From NCBI RefSeq assembly GCF_000315625.1, contig NW_005434652.1:293132-357131 (forward strand): DNA of 64,000 bases. The letters are read 5' to 3'. Below the pieces are notes generated by a model that saw only the letters and a program-made list of their open reading frames with translations, had not been told where the DNA came from and did no database searches. Within the stretch, counting starts at the first letter, position 1. The number at the start of each line of letters is the position of its first letter. The DNA is from Guillardia theta CCMP2712. Its lineage: Eukaryota > Protista > Cryptophyta. Shown here in pieces: positions 22,786-34,189 of this stretch. Position numbers and translations under genes: made by a program.

Positions 22786-24738
22786 ATGGCAGCGGCACAG
22801 AAACGTAGAACATACGCACGAGAAGAGCCACAAGCCAGCGAGAGGTTGCTCTCCTCCCCTCCTCCCCCGCTGTCTCAATGTTCACTCTCATTTCCCTCCA
22901 GGCCAAGCCTCCTCCCTTCGAGCCTCCCACAGCCACCTCAAGTTGACGCGCCGAGCTCAAGGGAAGGGCTGGTGAGTTGGATCATACATGCTCCTCTACG
23001 ATGTTTATTCATGGAGCTTGTGCAGCAGGAAAAGGTCCCGCGCAACAGAATGTCTGAGTCAGACAACACAGATGTGAGTTTGTACCTCTGCTGGGGCTGC
23101 CGGCAGTAGTGACTCTGACCTCAGCAGTCTCAAGCCCTCGTTCCAAGCACAGGCTCAGTACAACACGTAAGTGTCTCAAGACACTTGCAGGTTTTTTGAG
23201 CCCGCATGCAGACAACAACTGGGTACGGCGACGGGATGTATGGCAGTGGGTACAACAGTTACGGCGGATATGGAGGCAAGCGCATCGATGCGCCGACCTG
23301 TGAGACTGAGAGGCTGTTTTGAAAGGGTATGGGTCGACATACGGAGGAGGGTACGGGAGCATGTATGGCGGTATGTCGGGATACGGCATGGGAGGGGGTT
23401 ATGGTTGTGCGCCTTCTCTTTGTACTTCTCACTGAGTTGCGGACAGGAATGATGGGCTCTCGTTACGGCATGGGAGGGATGGGCATGTATGGATCTCGGT
23501 TTGGATACGGCACGGGAGGATACGGCATGGGAGGATACGGCATGGGGGGATACGGCATGGGGGGATACGGCATGGGGGGATACGGCATGGGAGGATACGG
23601 CATGGGGGGGATGGAAGGCGGTCCCATGTAATGGAATGCAACCTGATTTGATGGAGAGTAGTAAGTTCACCTGTAGGACACCACTTCAGCGAACCATCGA
23701 GACAGTTTCACGCGTTTCTGGAGTGATGGATATGATGGTGGAGTCACTCCACATGTCCATCTCCTCCTTCATGGTCAGTAACCCTGGGGTCTCTTTGATC
23801 TGGTTTGAGATGTGTGGCTGACAACAGGAGCTTGCGGGGAGGCTCGGATATGCTTCACACGAGCTCCATGTGCTGCTCAATCTGTTCCGTGCAGCCTAGT
23901 TGTATGCTGACTGTGCTCAGGCGCTCGGAACAACTATCTCTTTCATGGGTATGCTGCGGTCTATGGTTGACTTGATTCTTTTCTCTCGCTCGTTCCTTAC
24001 AAGCTTTCTCTCCAAGGGGCGATGGATCTGGTCTCTCCCCAAGGACTCCTTTGGACTCTTCCTGTCAGTCTCTCTGTGTCGGTTGCATCGTCTTATCCCT
24101 CTGTCTTGTTCAGGAGGCTGCTCGCTGTCCTGCTGGCGTGGGCAGGGTTCCGCTTCTGGAAGAGGAAGTGAGGACGATGTCTGAGGAAGGAGGCAGGGAA
24201 GGGTCTTACCCTTGTTTCCTGCAGGTCACAGGAGATGGAGGAGATGAAAGCGAACCAAATGGCCAATGAGTTCAACGGCAACTTCCAACAGCAGCATCCC
24301 ATGGACCCGTCGGCTGCCATGGGATACCCAGGATATGACGTGAGAGGGAATCAGCTCTCTGCGGGCTACCAGGCGGCTGGAAGGGGGATGGGGAGAGGAT
24401 ACAACGCTCACTACCCGACAATGAGGCAAGGGGTAGGAGGCAGCAGGGGCGCATACTCGACCTTTCCTAGCAGCACGGGATCCAGCCAGAGAGCAACTGG
24501 CCGAGGGAGAGCCAGTGTCGAGAGGTACGACAATAGTGGAGACGGAGGAGAGGATGGAGAGTTGGATGGAGCCAGCGCTGCTTGGCAGCAGTCAGCAGGA
24601 GCCACAATGATGACGCAGTCCGAGGAGGATGGAACGAGCAGAACCATGCCTTTTTCTCAAGCGCGTGCAGGAGCAGGACGAGGAAACAGCTCGATCTCTA
24701 GGATGCTCATGAAGTCCCAGGAGAGAGACAGTGTGTAA
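22786..24738 (+). CDS. PEX13: Peroxin-13-like protein (multi-exon, start uncertain)
   Basis: G/Y/M-rich region (GGYGM)n followed by PLQRTIETVSRVSGVMDMMVESLHMSISSFM|ELAGRLGYASHEL|ALGTTISFMGMLRSM, resembling the Pex13 N-terminal amphipathic domain. Confidence 0.6.
23503..23610 (+). repeat. 15-bp coding tandem repeat GGATACGGCATGGGR (GYGMG)
   Basis: About 7 near-perfect units in the PEX13-like exon. Confidence 0.9.
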
Positions 24739-25222
24739 CTATCCAGTAAAGGGCGATGAGCTTCGAACACCGGATTCCGATCAGCCTTCAAGCTTGCCGC
24801 ACTGTGACTGAAGTTGGCTCGCCCAGGAGCCGGGTCGCATTGCAAAGAAATGCTCAACTAACAACAGGACTCACAAAGTTCCTGGTGCCGAGGGCCATGT
24901 GCCACCGTTGGTTGACTCAGTGTCAGGCTGATCTTTCGGAGTCCGGTTGGGCTGCCAACGTCTGACAGCTCTGGCTCGGCCGATCCGCTGTCTCAGATCA
25001 CAGGGCCCAGTGGGGAAGATGGGATCTACTGGGCCATCGTCGGGACCCCGGACTCTGTCGACTGTGACACTGAGGAGGCACGGTGAAACACGTAGTATAT
25101 TCAACGTGAGCAAGCCACTAACTGATAAGAATCTAATATGATCTCATTCACAGTCTGAGTTACCTCAGACTTGGGACGTTCCGAACGAGTCTCGAAGCTC
25201 GAGGGTCACCAACAGCAATGCT

Positions 25223-26886
25223 TTAGGGATCGTAAGGAATTATGACGCTCTTGACTTCGACATAGTTTTCGAGAGCATAAGGTCCCTTTTCGCGCCCGTT
25301 TCCACTCTATCCCGAATGAGCAAGTAAGTGGACGAGTGGAGATGAAAGAACAAGCTAAGACTAACCTCTTTGTAACCTCCGAATGGAACACCAGCGTCAA
25401 CATTGTTGAAGCAATTGAACCAAACAGTTCCGGCTCGAAGAGCTCTGGCAATCTTCAAACCGACCTGCACATTCTTCGTACAGACACCGGCTGCGAGGCC
25501 AAAGGTTGTGTTGTTGGCTCGATCGATCGCTTCCTCCACGGTTTTGAATTTCATCAATGACATCACAGGACCAAAGATCTCCTCTTTTGCGATGACCATA
25601 TTGTCTTGCACATCAGCAAACACAGTGGGCTGGATGAAGTATCCTTTGTCTCCGAACCTTGCTCCTCCTGTGGTAAGTCGGGCACCTTCCTTCTTCCCCT
25701 TCTCGATGTAGCCCATGACCCGATCGAATTGTATCTTGTCGACCTGAGGCCCTTGCATAGTCTCAGGGTTGCTCGGATCACCAAGAACTCTAGCTTTGGA
25801 CTGTTGAGTTGCCAACTCGACAAACTTGTCGTAGATGCTCTCCTGCAAGAATCATGTTATGAGAATATCACACTCCTTGTGGTTGGAAGTTCGACCTGTA
25901 CAAAGATACGAGAGCTTGCACAACATGTTTGACCTTGGTTGAAAAAGAGGCCAAGCTGAGAAGGAATACTTCACAATATCATCAATGCATGACACGTGAA
26001 AGTCTCACCTGCGCTACCTTCAAGGCTTGCTGTAAATCAGCATCCTCTAGAATGATGAGAGGAGACTTTCCTCCTAGCTCGAGGCTCACTTTCTTCATGT
26101 TACTCTCTGCTGCATACTTCTGAATCAGACGCCCCGTCATTGTCGAGCCTGTAAAAGCAATCTTGGTCAAGTCCATGTGGCTGGCGATCGCTTTTCCTGT
26201 TGGATCCCCAAAGCCAGAAACGATATTCACAACTCCATTGGGGAAGCCTGCTTTCTTGATGAGCCCAGCACAGTATAGAGCAGACAGAGGAGTCTTCTCG
26301 GAGCTCTTTAGTACTACGGTACATCCAGCAGCCAACGCAGGGCAAAGCTTCCAAGCAAGCATGAGCACAGGGAAACTGCAGAAAGAGTCTCAAGAAACAT
26401 CATGTCACGGTGCAGATGTACTCACTTCCAGGGAATGATCTGTCCAACTGGTCCGATTGGCTCATGCCAGGTATAAGCAAAGAAGTTGCCTTCTACGGGA
26501 AGAGTCTTGCCTTCCATCTTGTCGGCCCATCCAGCAAAGTAACGGAAATGCTGGATGGCAAGGTAGATGTCAATGTGACCCTCGGACACGGGCTTGCCAT
26601 TGTTCAAGGACTCCAAGGCGACTAGCTCCTCTTTGTTCTGTTCAATGAGGTCAGCAAGTTTCAGGAGCAGGTCCCTCCTCTTGGTGCCGTCCATCTCTCG
26701 CCATGGTGATCCTCTTTCAAAGGCTTTGTTCGCCGCGATCACGGCACGATCCACGTCCTCTGGAAGCGCTTCTTGCACTTGACAAATGACTTCTTCGGTC
26801 GCAGGGTTGAAGGTCTTGAAGGTTTTGCCGGATTTCGAGTTGACGAACTCGCCATCGATGAAAAGCCGAGTCTCGTACTTGGACAT
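25223..26886 (-). CDS. NAD(P)-dependent aldehyde dehydrogenase, ALDH1/2 family (5 exons)
   Basis: [30 protein letters not shown] (catalytic Glu), [10 protein letters not shown] (catalytic Cys), [21 protein letters not shown]. Confidence 0.96.
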
Positions 26887-27356
26887 GCTGTGTTAGGATT
26901 CTGTGACACCAGTAAGGTAATGGCAGGGAGAAAATATCGAACTCATGTTGTTGACATAAACTGAATGATGAGTTCTTCACATTCGTATACAACAAGACAA
27001 GAAACAGTCGTGTCCAGCCAGCAACAAAGTGACTGAACATCAGAAGTCACCAGCACTCCTAAGCAGGGGAGAAAGACGGTTGATGAAATTCAACAAAAAC
27101 AACTCAGACTAAGGCATGTGCAGCATATGGACATGGATACCAAGGCCAATGGAGAGCAAGCAAAATTGGAATAGGAGGTGTATGGAAACTGGCATGGGAG
27201 GGAGGGAGGGAGGGAGGGGGGGAGGATAGAAACATAGTCGCTTCCGACCGAGGATAACTTATGCGGCCGTCTCAACTGGCAACAAGCAACTTGGCAACCC
27301 GTTCACGGTTGTGACCAGGCGCGAGGGTAACGTGACAAGTCGCGAGATAAGACTCG

Positions 27357-27389
27357 CCTGATTGTCCTCGTACTGATTTTTTACTTAAC
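27357..27389 (+). repeat. Partial copy (32/33 nt) of the 45-bp motif
   Basis: CCTGATTGTCCTCGTACTGATTTTTTACTTAAC, directly followed by a CpG-rich island. Confidence 0.85.
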
Positions 27390-28157
27390 AGTGCCGCCGC
27401 GCGGCACTGCGGCCGCACTGGCGGCCGCCGCTCATTGAACAACAGGCTTGGCACCGTCACTGAGCTCCGACTCGGAGTCGGACCGTCGGGCCGTACTGTG
27501 AGTCGAACATTCTAAAAGGGGGGCCCGAGGGGTGTATATATTACCCCCCCGGGGAGGAGGTCAAAAGGGGGTGGTACGGATGGTCAATGGAAGAAGTTTC
27601 AGTGACTGCCCAACTGCTCTACCACCTGTCTGTGAACCCGGGCTCAGGTGCCCCAGGACCCCTCCGGTTGGACCCCACCCCCTTGATGTTGCCTCAAAGT
27701 CGCCATGAGTCAAGTACCCTACCGTCTAGAAAAGTCAACAGAAAAGTAACTTTCAGGAGGGGTACTTGAATGGATCAGCAGGGGTCCGGTAGCCTCGAAG
27801 AACCCACCCCACAGTGATACCTTGTTTGGCCTCGAGGCATGAAATGGGATGATGGAGATGATGGAGATGAAAACAACAAAGCCATGTGAGGGGCGGGGGG
27901 GGAGAAGGCAAGAGGAGAAGGAAGGGAGCCTGGGGCCGTCGAGGGAGGGGGACGAGAGGAAGAGGAAGAAGGAGATAAGTAGGACGATGAGCAACCATGT
28001 CTGATGAGGAAGGAAGGACAAACTTTCTGTAACTCTTTGAAAGGATAACAAAAGATGAACACCACATAACAAATTTGAAAGAGGATAAAGGATAGGCCAC
28101 AGACTGAAGCTGTCAGAAGGAGTCAACAACAGCCTCTTACTTGCTTTTTAGGCAAAA

Positions 28158-31100
28158 ATGGTGTCGAACCCAGTTTTGCGGAGGACGAACCCAGTTTTGC
28201 GGAGGAAGAACTCAACGAAGACGAGTTTCAGGAATCCATTGGGAGTCTTTGACAACCCAGATGTCGAGGAATCTCATATCGATCAGTCAAACACAGCGAA
28301 AGATTTCGCATTGAACGATGAGATTTATCAGGAGATGCTTGGAGCGAAGCTTGCTAGCATCAGGCAGCATGTGAATGAGATTGAAAGAGAGTCATCCTCG
28401 CGGAAAATTCAAGAAGAGAATGTTGCAACTCTCAGTCGGCTCCGTCAATGCTCGACGAGAAGGGAGATGCTCATTGTTTTGCACGAGAAGAACTTGCACG
28501 GGCAGCGGCGGTGGATTCCTTTCGTGTACATCAAGGCGTACTCAGAGATGAAGAGCTTGTGTGAAGGAAATGATTATATCACAGAGGGAAATGATCATAT
28601 CAAAGAGCTGAAGAACATGGAGGAGTACATTCTCAGGAAATCCCAGCAAAAAAATTGGATGGAATGCAGGGGCCCAGTGGGAGAGCTTCCCGTGCACTTG
28701 GCTTTCTTGTTCGGACTGGACGAGTTGGGCAGGAAGATGATCAAGCAGGCTATCGAGAATGTCAAAACTGAGGAGCAAGGCAAGGATGAACAAGAAGTTC
28801 GTCGACGAAGTTGTGTCAATGTAACTTACGAAAATGATCTCAAAGTTTGGTTCAAAGAGACCAAGGAGGGTGATGCAGATCATGCGATTTGTGCATTTAT
28901 TAGAGAACGATTTGGGGATTCAACAAGGGAGGAAGCTCTCCTTCCTATCAGTCGCCTCATGGACGTCGCATCAGGCAAGGACGGAGGAATGTTCACCGGA
29001 GAGAGCCTTCTTCACATAGCGATAGTTCAGAACCTAGAGGAGAGCATAACTTGGTTGCTTGAGCAAGGAGCAGATCTGCTGAGCCGGGCAACAGGCATCT
29101 TCTTTCAACCTTACAGTATCGAGGAGCTTGAAATTGACAGAAAGCTTTTTTCTCATAATCGCCAGATGAACACGTTAGGAGGAGCTTGTCACTATGGGGA
29201 GTTTCCTCTTTCTTTCGCTTGCAGCGTCGCGAGCCCAAGAATCTGCCACAAGATCGCAGGCCGAGCCTTCAAGTTATTGAAGCAGTATGAGGAAAACAAA
29301 ATTGAGGAAGCTAATAAGGAGCAGGTGACGGAGCTTGTGGATTATCTGACAACGTGGCATTATGAAAACACCGATGAACATAGATCGCAAAATGACAAGT
29401 TGGATTGCAAGACCTTATACTCGGCGTTTCTAAACAACCGGGATCACCTAGGCAATACTGCTCTACACATGGCGGTTCAGCATGGAAATATCGACGCAAT
29501 CAGGTGGCTTCTTGACAGTTCCGCGGAGCCATCCATGTGCATGCTCAATCAAGACAATCTCACTCCCCTCACACTTGCCGTCCGACGATCCCAAAAAGAA
29601 GCTTTCTCCGTCCTGAGGCTCAGGATGCAAGACTTGGCATGGACTTATGGTCAAGTAGCGATGGTGGCGACTCCTCTCTTTCAGATCGACAGCTTCAGAA
29701 CGTCAGAACGATCCAACTCACCCGACAGGAGCGACGACAAAGCCTTCCAGCCCGTTCGCTCGTACCTCGTGCGTGACAAACGCATGAAGATCAAGGTAGC
29801 AGCCTCGTCTCTGTGGGAGAAGCTGCGACCCTCCCGCAGGGTTCAAGCTGTCCCCTACTCCTCCTGTGCCACTTACCATCTCCACAATGACCCCCGATGG
29901 AAAAGCGCAGTCGAAGTGCTGGTGGAGCACGAGATCGTTTCCTTTGCGTTTGTCAAGATCTTCCGAGATCTCGTGGACGGCAAATGGCTCGCCTTTGCAC
30001 GCTTTCGATATCTCCGCTACCATTTCCTTCCCTACCTCACGTTCGTTATCTTCTGCACGATATCCTTTGAGCGGAGATGTCGACAGGTCTGGCAGGACGT
30101 GATGAATGATGGTATCAACAGCGACTCGCTGATCATGACGGCGAGCGAAGAGGGCATCATCATCATCGACATCATTGTGTACCTTATTGGCATCCCGTAC
30201 CTCTTCTACCTCAGCTACTTTGAAGCTCGCCTTCGCAGGAGAGACTTGGATCCCGACGAGGATTTCCAACTGACGTTCGATGAGATGATCTTCTTCCTGT
30301 ACAAGAACGTCACTTCCGTGAGCTGCCTCACGAGCGCCACCTGCTTGACCGCCGTTGCAATCTTGCGCATCTCAGGGCACAAGGGAGCGAGGGGATGGAA
30401 CGACGCCAGTCATTCGGCTAACATCCACCGCGACGAGTTTCGGCTCATGGCGTGGCTGATGCTTGTCCTCTGGTGCAGCCTGCTGCACATGCTCCTCCCT
30501 TTCCGCTTCATCGGGCCCCTGCTGATGACAATCTGGAAGATGCTCATCGGAGATGTGTTCAAGTGGCTGTTCGTCTACATCTTCATCCTCCTCGGCTTCT
30601 CGCAGTCCGTCTACATCCTCATTCAGGATGCCTCCTTGGAGCACGGCTCCTTCCTCGGCTCTGGCTTCTCGGAGTTGCTAACGATGAATGCTCCCGTCTC
30701 CAACTTCGACTACGTCGTTCGATATCTCTACGTCACGCTCGGGGATGTTCGACAGGACGAGGTGGAGGTAGCAGGGAGCACCTTCGCGGACGTCTGGTTA
30801 GTCCACATCGCCTTCATTGCCCTCTCCACCATCCTCCTCGTCAACCTCCTCATCGCCACCATGGGCAACACGCACAGTCTTGACATCTCCGCGAGCGGAT
30901 ACCTCAACTGGTGGATGTATCATGCAAACATCGTGCTTCAGATGGAGCGAGAGCTCTCGGAAAAGGACAAGATCAGCCATCGCAGTGGCCAAACCCAAAG
31001 GGAGGCTGTGAATGGCAACCCTGCTTCTGCCGAGTACGCCTACACATCTGTAGGAACAGCCCTGATCCAGGAAGTGGAAGGGACAGAGGCCAAGCACAAG

Positions 31101-31622
31101 GGTCTGGAGTTTGAGGTCGAGCAGCCGTGGATGCCCGGCATGGATTCCAGAAGATCCTCCATGCGGGACGGGAGGATCGGCAGCGCTGAGAGTTTTAAGC
31201 GCCTCCACTCTGGGTCCCCGAGCCCGAGCCTAGCAAACTCTCCGAGATTTCACTCTTCGGACCGAGACAAGCAGCTTTCGCTTCCTCGGAAAGATGTGCG
31301 ACCAGCGCCGATGCACTCCTTCGGCGTAGCGCAGGTTTCAACTCAGACAAGAATCCCTAGGGAGACGAAGGTAAATCGAATGTTCTCGAGCCAATGTTGT
31401 TCCTCCTCACTTTGTTGTGCCCAGTTTGACAGCGCGCTGCAATGTATCATCCAGAGCTCGGCAATCTCTATAAGGTACGGTAAACATTATCTCTCACTCC
31501 TTCAGTTCCTTCCCTCCCTCCCTCCCTCCCTCCCTCCCTCCCTCCCTCCCTTCTCCCTCCCTCCCTCCTCTTCCTTGACACAGCAACCGGCTCACCGTTG
31601 CTTACCTCCCTTACTGTACTGA
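28158..31622 (+). CDS. TRPV-like cation channel (ankyrin repeats + 6 TM); true C-terminus probably spliced after ~31370
   Basis: Ankyrin segments GELPVHLA, GESLLHIAI, YGEFPLSFAC, GNTALHMAV, LTPLTLA. Pre-S1 LVDGKW, S4-S5 IGPLLMTIWKMLIGDV, pore TLGD, S6 ILLVNLLIATMGNT. Confidence 0.9.
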   Translation: MVSNPVLRRTNPVLRRKNSTKTSFRNPLGVFDNPDVEESHIDQSNTAKDFALNDEIYQEMLGAKLASIRQHVNEIERESSSRKIQEENVATLSRLRQCSTRREMLIVLHEKNLHGQRRWIPFVYIKAYSEMKSLCEGNDYITEGNDHIKELKNMEEYILRKSQQKNWMECRGPVGELPVHLAFLFGLDELGRKMIKQAIENVKTEEQGKDEQEVRRRSCVNVTYENDLKVWFKETKEGDADHAICAFIRERFGDSTREEALLPISRLMDVASGKDGGMFTGESLLHIAIVQNLEESITWLLEQGADLLSRATGIFFQPYSIEELEIDRKLFSHNRQMNTLGGACHYGEFPLSFACSVASPRICHKIAGRAFKLLKQYEENKIEEANKEQVTELVDYLTTWHYENTDEHRSQNDKLDCKTLYSAFLNNRDHLGNTALHMAVQHGNIDAIRWLLDSSAEPSMCMLNQDNLTPLTLAVRRSQKEAFSVLRLRMQDLAWTYGQVAMVATPLFQIDSFRTSERSNSPDRSDDKAFQPVRSYLVRDKRMKIKVAASSLWEKLRPSRRVQAVPYSSCATYHLHNDPRWKSAVEVLVEHEIVSFAFVKIFRDLVDGKWLAFARFRYLRYHFLPYLTFVIFCTISFERRCRQVWQDVMNDGINSDSLIMTASEEGIIIIDIIVYLIGIPYLFYLSYFEARLRRRDLDPDEDFQLTFDEMIFFLYKNVTSVSCLTSATCLTAVAILRISGHKGARGWNDASHSANIHRDEFRLMAWLMLVLWCSLLHMLLPFRFIGPLLMTIWKMLIGDVFKWLFVYIFILLGFSQSVYILIQDASLEHGSFLGSGFSELLTMNAPVSNFDYVVRYLYVTLGDVRQDEVEVAGSTFADVWLVHIAFIALSTILLVNLLIATMGNTHSLDISASGYLNWWMYHANIVLQMERELSEKDKISHRSGQTQREAVNGNPASAEYAYTSVGTALIQEVEGTEAKHKGLEFEVEQPWMPGMDSRRSSMRDGRIGSAESFKRLHSGSPSPSLANSPRFHSSDRDKQLSLPRKDVRPAPMHSFGVAQVSTQTRIPRETKVNRMFSSQCCSSSLCCAQFDSALQCIIQSSAISIRYGKHYLSLLQFLPSLPPSLPPSLPPFSLPPSSSLTQQPAHRCLPPLLY

Positions 31623-31794
31623 TTCACCTTCACTCAGCCCTGTCGACTGCATCGACGGGGCAACACAGACTGAGACATCTGGCGACTCTCTGCACCGTCA
31701 CTTGACGAGGCTCAAAAAACTTCCTGGGGCATCAACGAGGCCGCGACGACCTGAGCCTTGAGGCCGCTCAAGTGAGCACTGAATGTCTGCCTTG

Positions 31795-31855
31795 TCTCTT
31801 GTCGCCGTTTGGCCTGTGCACGTACTGATTTACGGTAAGTGAACTTTGAGTGAAG
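31795..31855 (+). repeat. Retroelement 3'-terminal 25-mer joined to a degenerate copy of the 45-bp motif
   Basis: 31795-31819 matches 550-574 at 24/25. Followed by CGTACTGATTT...AACTTTGAGTGAAG. Confidence 0.75.
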
Positions 31856-32433
31856 TATTATTGAATTTCAAGTTGAACGGAGTTAAAAGTTCAAGTGAGT
31901 ATCCGACCGGGCCTCCCGCCGCGAGGTATACGGTAGTACTGACAGTGATTCCGACTGGCCGCGCAGTATTATTAGTCAGTGTTGATGTCCGACGGTCACG
32001 GACTGAACGGCATGCGCGCCCATAGTATGGTCAAACTCGGACCTGGGACCGTCGACTCGGCGGTGCCGCGGTGCGATCCGATAGGATGAAGTTCGGCGGG
32101 GGCCGGCGGTCACCGGCCGCCTGCCGCAGTGGGCCGGGCAATGTCCGATCCGACGGCGAGTAAAGATCCGACCGTACAGTGAGTACAGGCTGGCACACTG
32201 ACTGGTAGCCTAGTGAGCGACTGATCGGACTGGGCCAGTGGCCGCTTGGCACTGTCATGTCGGTCATCATCATCAGCGGCGCGGCCGCCCGGCCCAGCCT
32301 GTCCGCGGCGCCGATCAGTCACGGTGGGCCATCCCGGCCCGGGCCGGCGGCGATCACGGCAGTACCGTCTACTTAGCACCGTCAGTCCCAGTCACAGAGT
32401 AGCACCAGATGACGCCTGTCACGGAGTCCGGTC

Positions 32434-32478
32434 TCTTTACTCAAAGTTAAGTTAAAAATCAGTACGAGGACAATCAGG
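32434..32478 (-). repeat. 45-bp dispersed motif, copy 2
   Basis: Exact match to 12995-13039. Confidence 0.9.
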
Positions 32479-33488
32479 GTCAGTGTACGGCACCCGGCGG
32501 CCGAGGCGGGACTCGAAGGACCCCTGCAACCCACTCAGAGGCTTGCCAGGGGTGCAATGCCATGATGAGTGAGAGCTGTAGCCTGTCTCACTTACCTGCA
32601 GCGAAGGCCCAGGCCCAGCAATTTCCTTAGGTCTCTTCTAATGCCAAATCGACAGGGAAGTGGCCTGAGAAGACACCACGGCACAACGTCGCAGGGGCGG
32701 TTACCGTAGCCGGTAGTACCAGGCCCTGAGCCTCCGAGGGGGATCCTGAGTGGGTGGGGTAGTGACCGAGGCCACTGGCAGGTTCAACGTTGTAACGGGT
32801 GAGTCGCTTGGTGGGACCTAAATGCAAGCTACCGGTGGTCATTTGTCAAGGGTGTTGCTTGTGGGGGTGGGGGGTTATCAAGTTCCCGTCGTCGTTCATC
32901 AATTAGGGTACTCGAAATAGAACCAGGGGGTAGGGGTAGACAAGGATGGGGTTGGAAGCGTTCACGGTGGGTTATGGGAACCTGGAGAGGTTCCATGAGA
33001 AAATATGAGGGTGGGGTGGTCCTGATGGACCGTCCTGTAAGGCTCGAAAATGGGCAGGAGGGCTTTAAGAACTGTGGGTGGGGTAGTGTCCAATACCCGG
33101 TCATCTCCCAGAGGTTATCATTGAAGACAAGGGGTACTCATGGAATTCCGAATTGTTCATGGGGGTACGGGGGTGGGGCCTGTGGGACCAGGGAGGGTTG
33201 ACCAGACAGATTATGGCAGATGGCAACGCACAGTTGTGATGAGCGGAACATGAGAGGAGAGAGGTAGTAAAGGAGGAGGGGACAGAAACTTTGGGGAGCC
33301 AAAACCTTCAGACAGGAGATTCTGCGCATCACACAAGCAAGATCCACGGGATAACGGGCTGGTACATGAGACAACGCACAGAAAACTGGCGAACAGAATA
33401 GAACGTGGGGCGGGGATTCTAGCGTGAGAGGCCTGGCGGAGTTCACAGAGTTGCGAGGAAATCATAGGATTGATTGAGACCATCTGCG

Positions 33489-33894
33489 ATGGTTAACAAA
33501 GCCATAAAACTAGAGATAATACGTTTGTTCGAGTTCAACGAGTGCGCGAGTTGTTCACAAAAAGAGAAAAATTCTGATCCGCGCTTGAAGTTGGAGCTCA
33601 ATGCCAGTAAGAATGATGACAAGCTCAACAGCCGCCTTCTGACGTTTGGTCTCTCATCGCAGCACCGAAGAGCAGCAGTCGTAAGTCGAAACGATCCAAA
33701 CGCTGCATGGCGTGCGACGCCCAGATCAACTCGTGGTCGACGAGATGCGAAGTGAGGAGCTCGAGCGAGCACGAGCAGATGCTGACGTCGCTTCTCAGAT
33801 CTGCGGGTTTGAGCTCGAGCTCGAGGAGCCCCGGCCGATGGCGCGGCCCAGCAACGAGTGGACGCTGAAGCGTTTGAAGATAAGAACCCCGTGA
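33489..33894 (+). CDS. Possible small hypothetical protein
   Basis: Coding-like overlapping frames (MVNKAIKLEIIRL...; DQLVVDEMRSEELERARADADV...) downstream of a TACCC tract. Splicing not resolved. Confidence 0.3.
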
Positions 33895-34189
33895 GATGAT
33901 AGTGTTTGTGTTGGTGCTGCAGCGTGTTGATCGACTTTACAAGGCAAGGAACCCGTGAGGTCAAACTCCCGATGCCTTCAAGTGCCCTGGATGGAACCAC
34001 CTGCTTTGAATGGTTGTCAATGCCCACATGACATGTCATCCTGGCAATGTCCATGTCAATTTTAGTGTTTTCATGTTAATTTCCTATCCTTTAATGACGT
34101 CTCTTGAGTGTTATTTACCACAACCCAGCACGTGCTAGAGCAAGCAAAGTTTTTCTCTTTCAATCATTACATTATCAACAATTCTCTAC

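Noticed and set aside
25152-25171. Hairpin AGTCTGAG-TTAC-CTCAGACT as a terminator
   Set aside because: An 8-bp stem can occur by chance, and intrinsic terminators are not expected for Pol II genes.
12995-32478. 45-bp motif or 15-bp GYGMG repeats as a CRISPR array
   Set aside because: The motif copies are dispersed without regular spacers, the 15-mer is a coding tandem repeat, the context is eukaryotic, and there are no cas genes.
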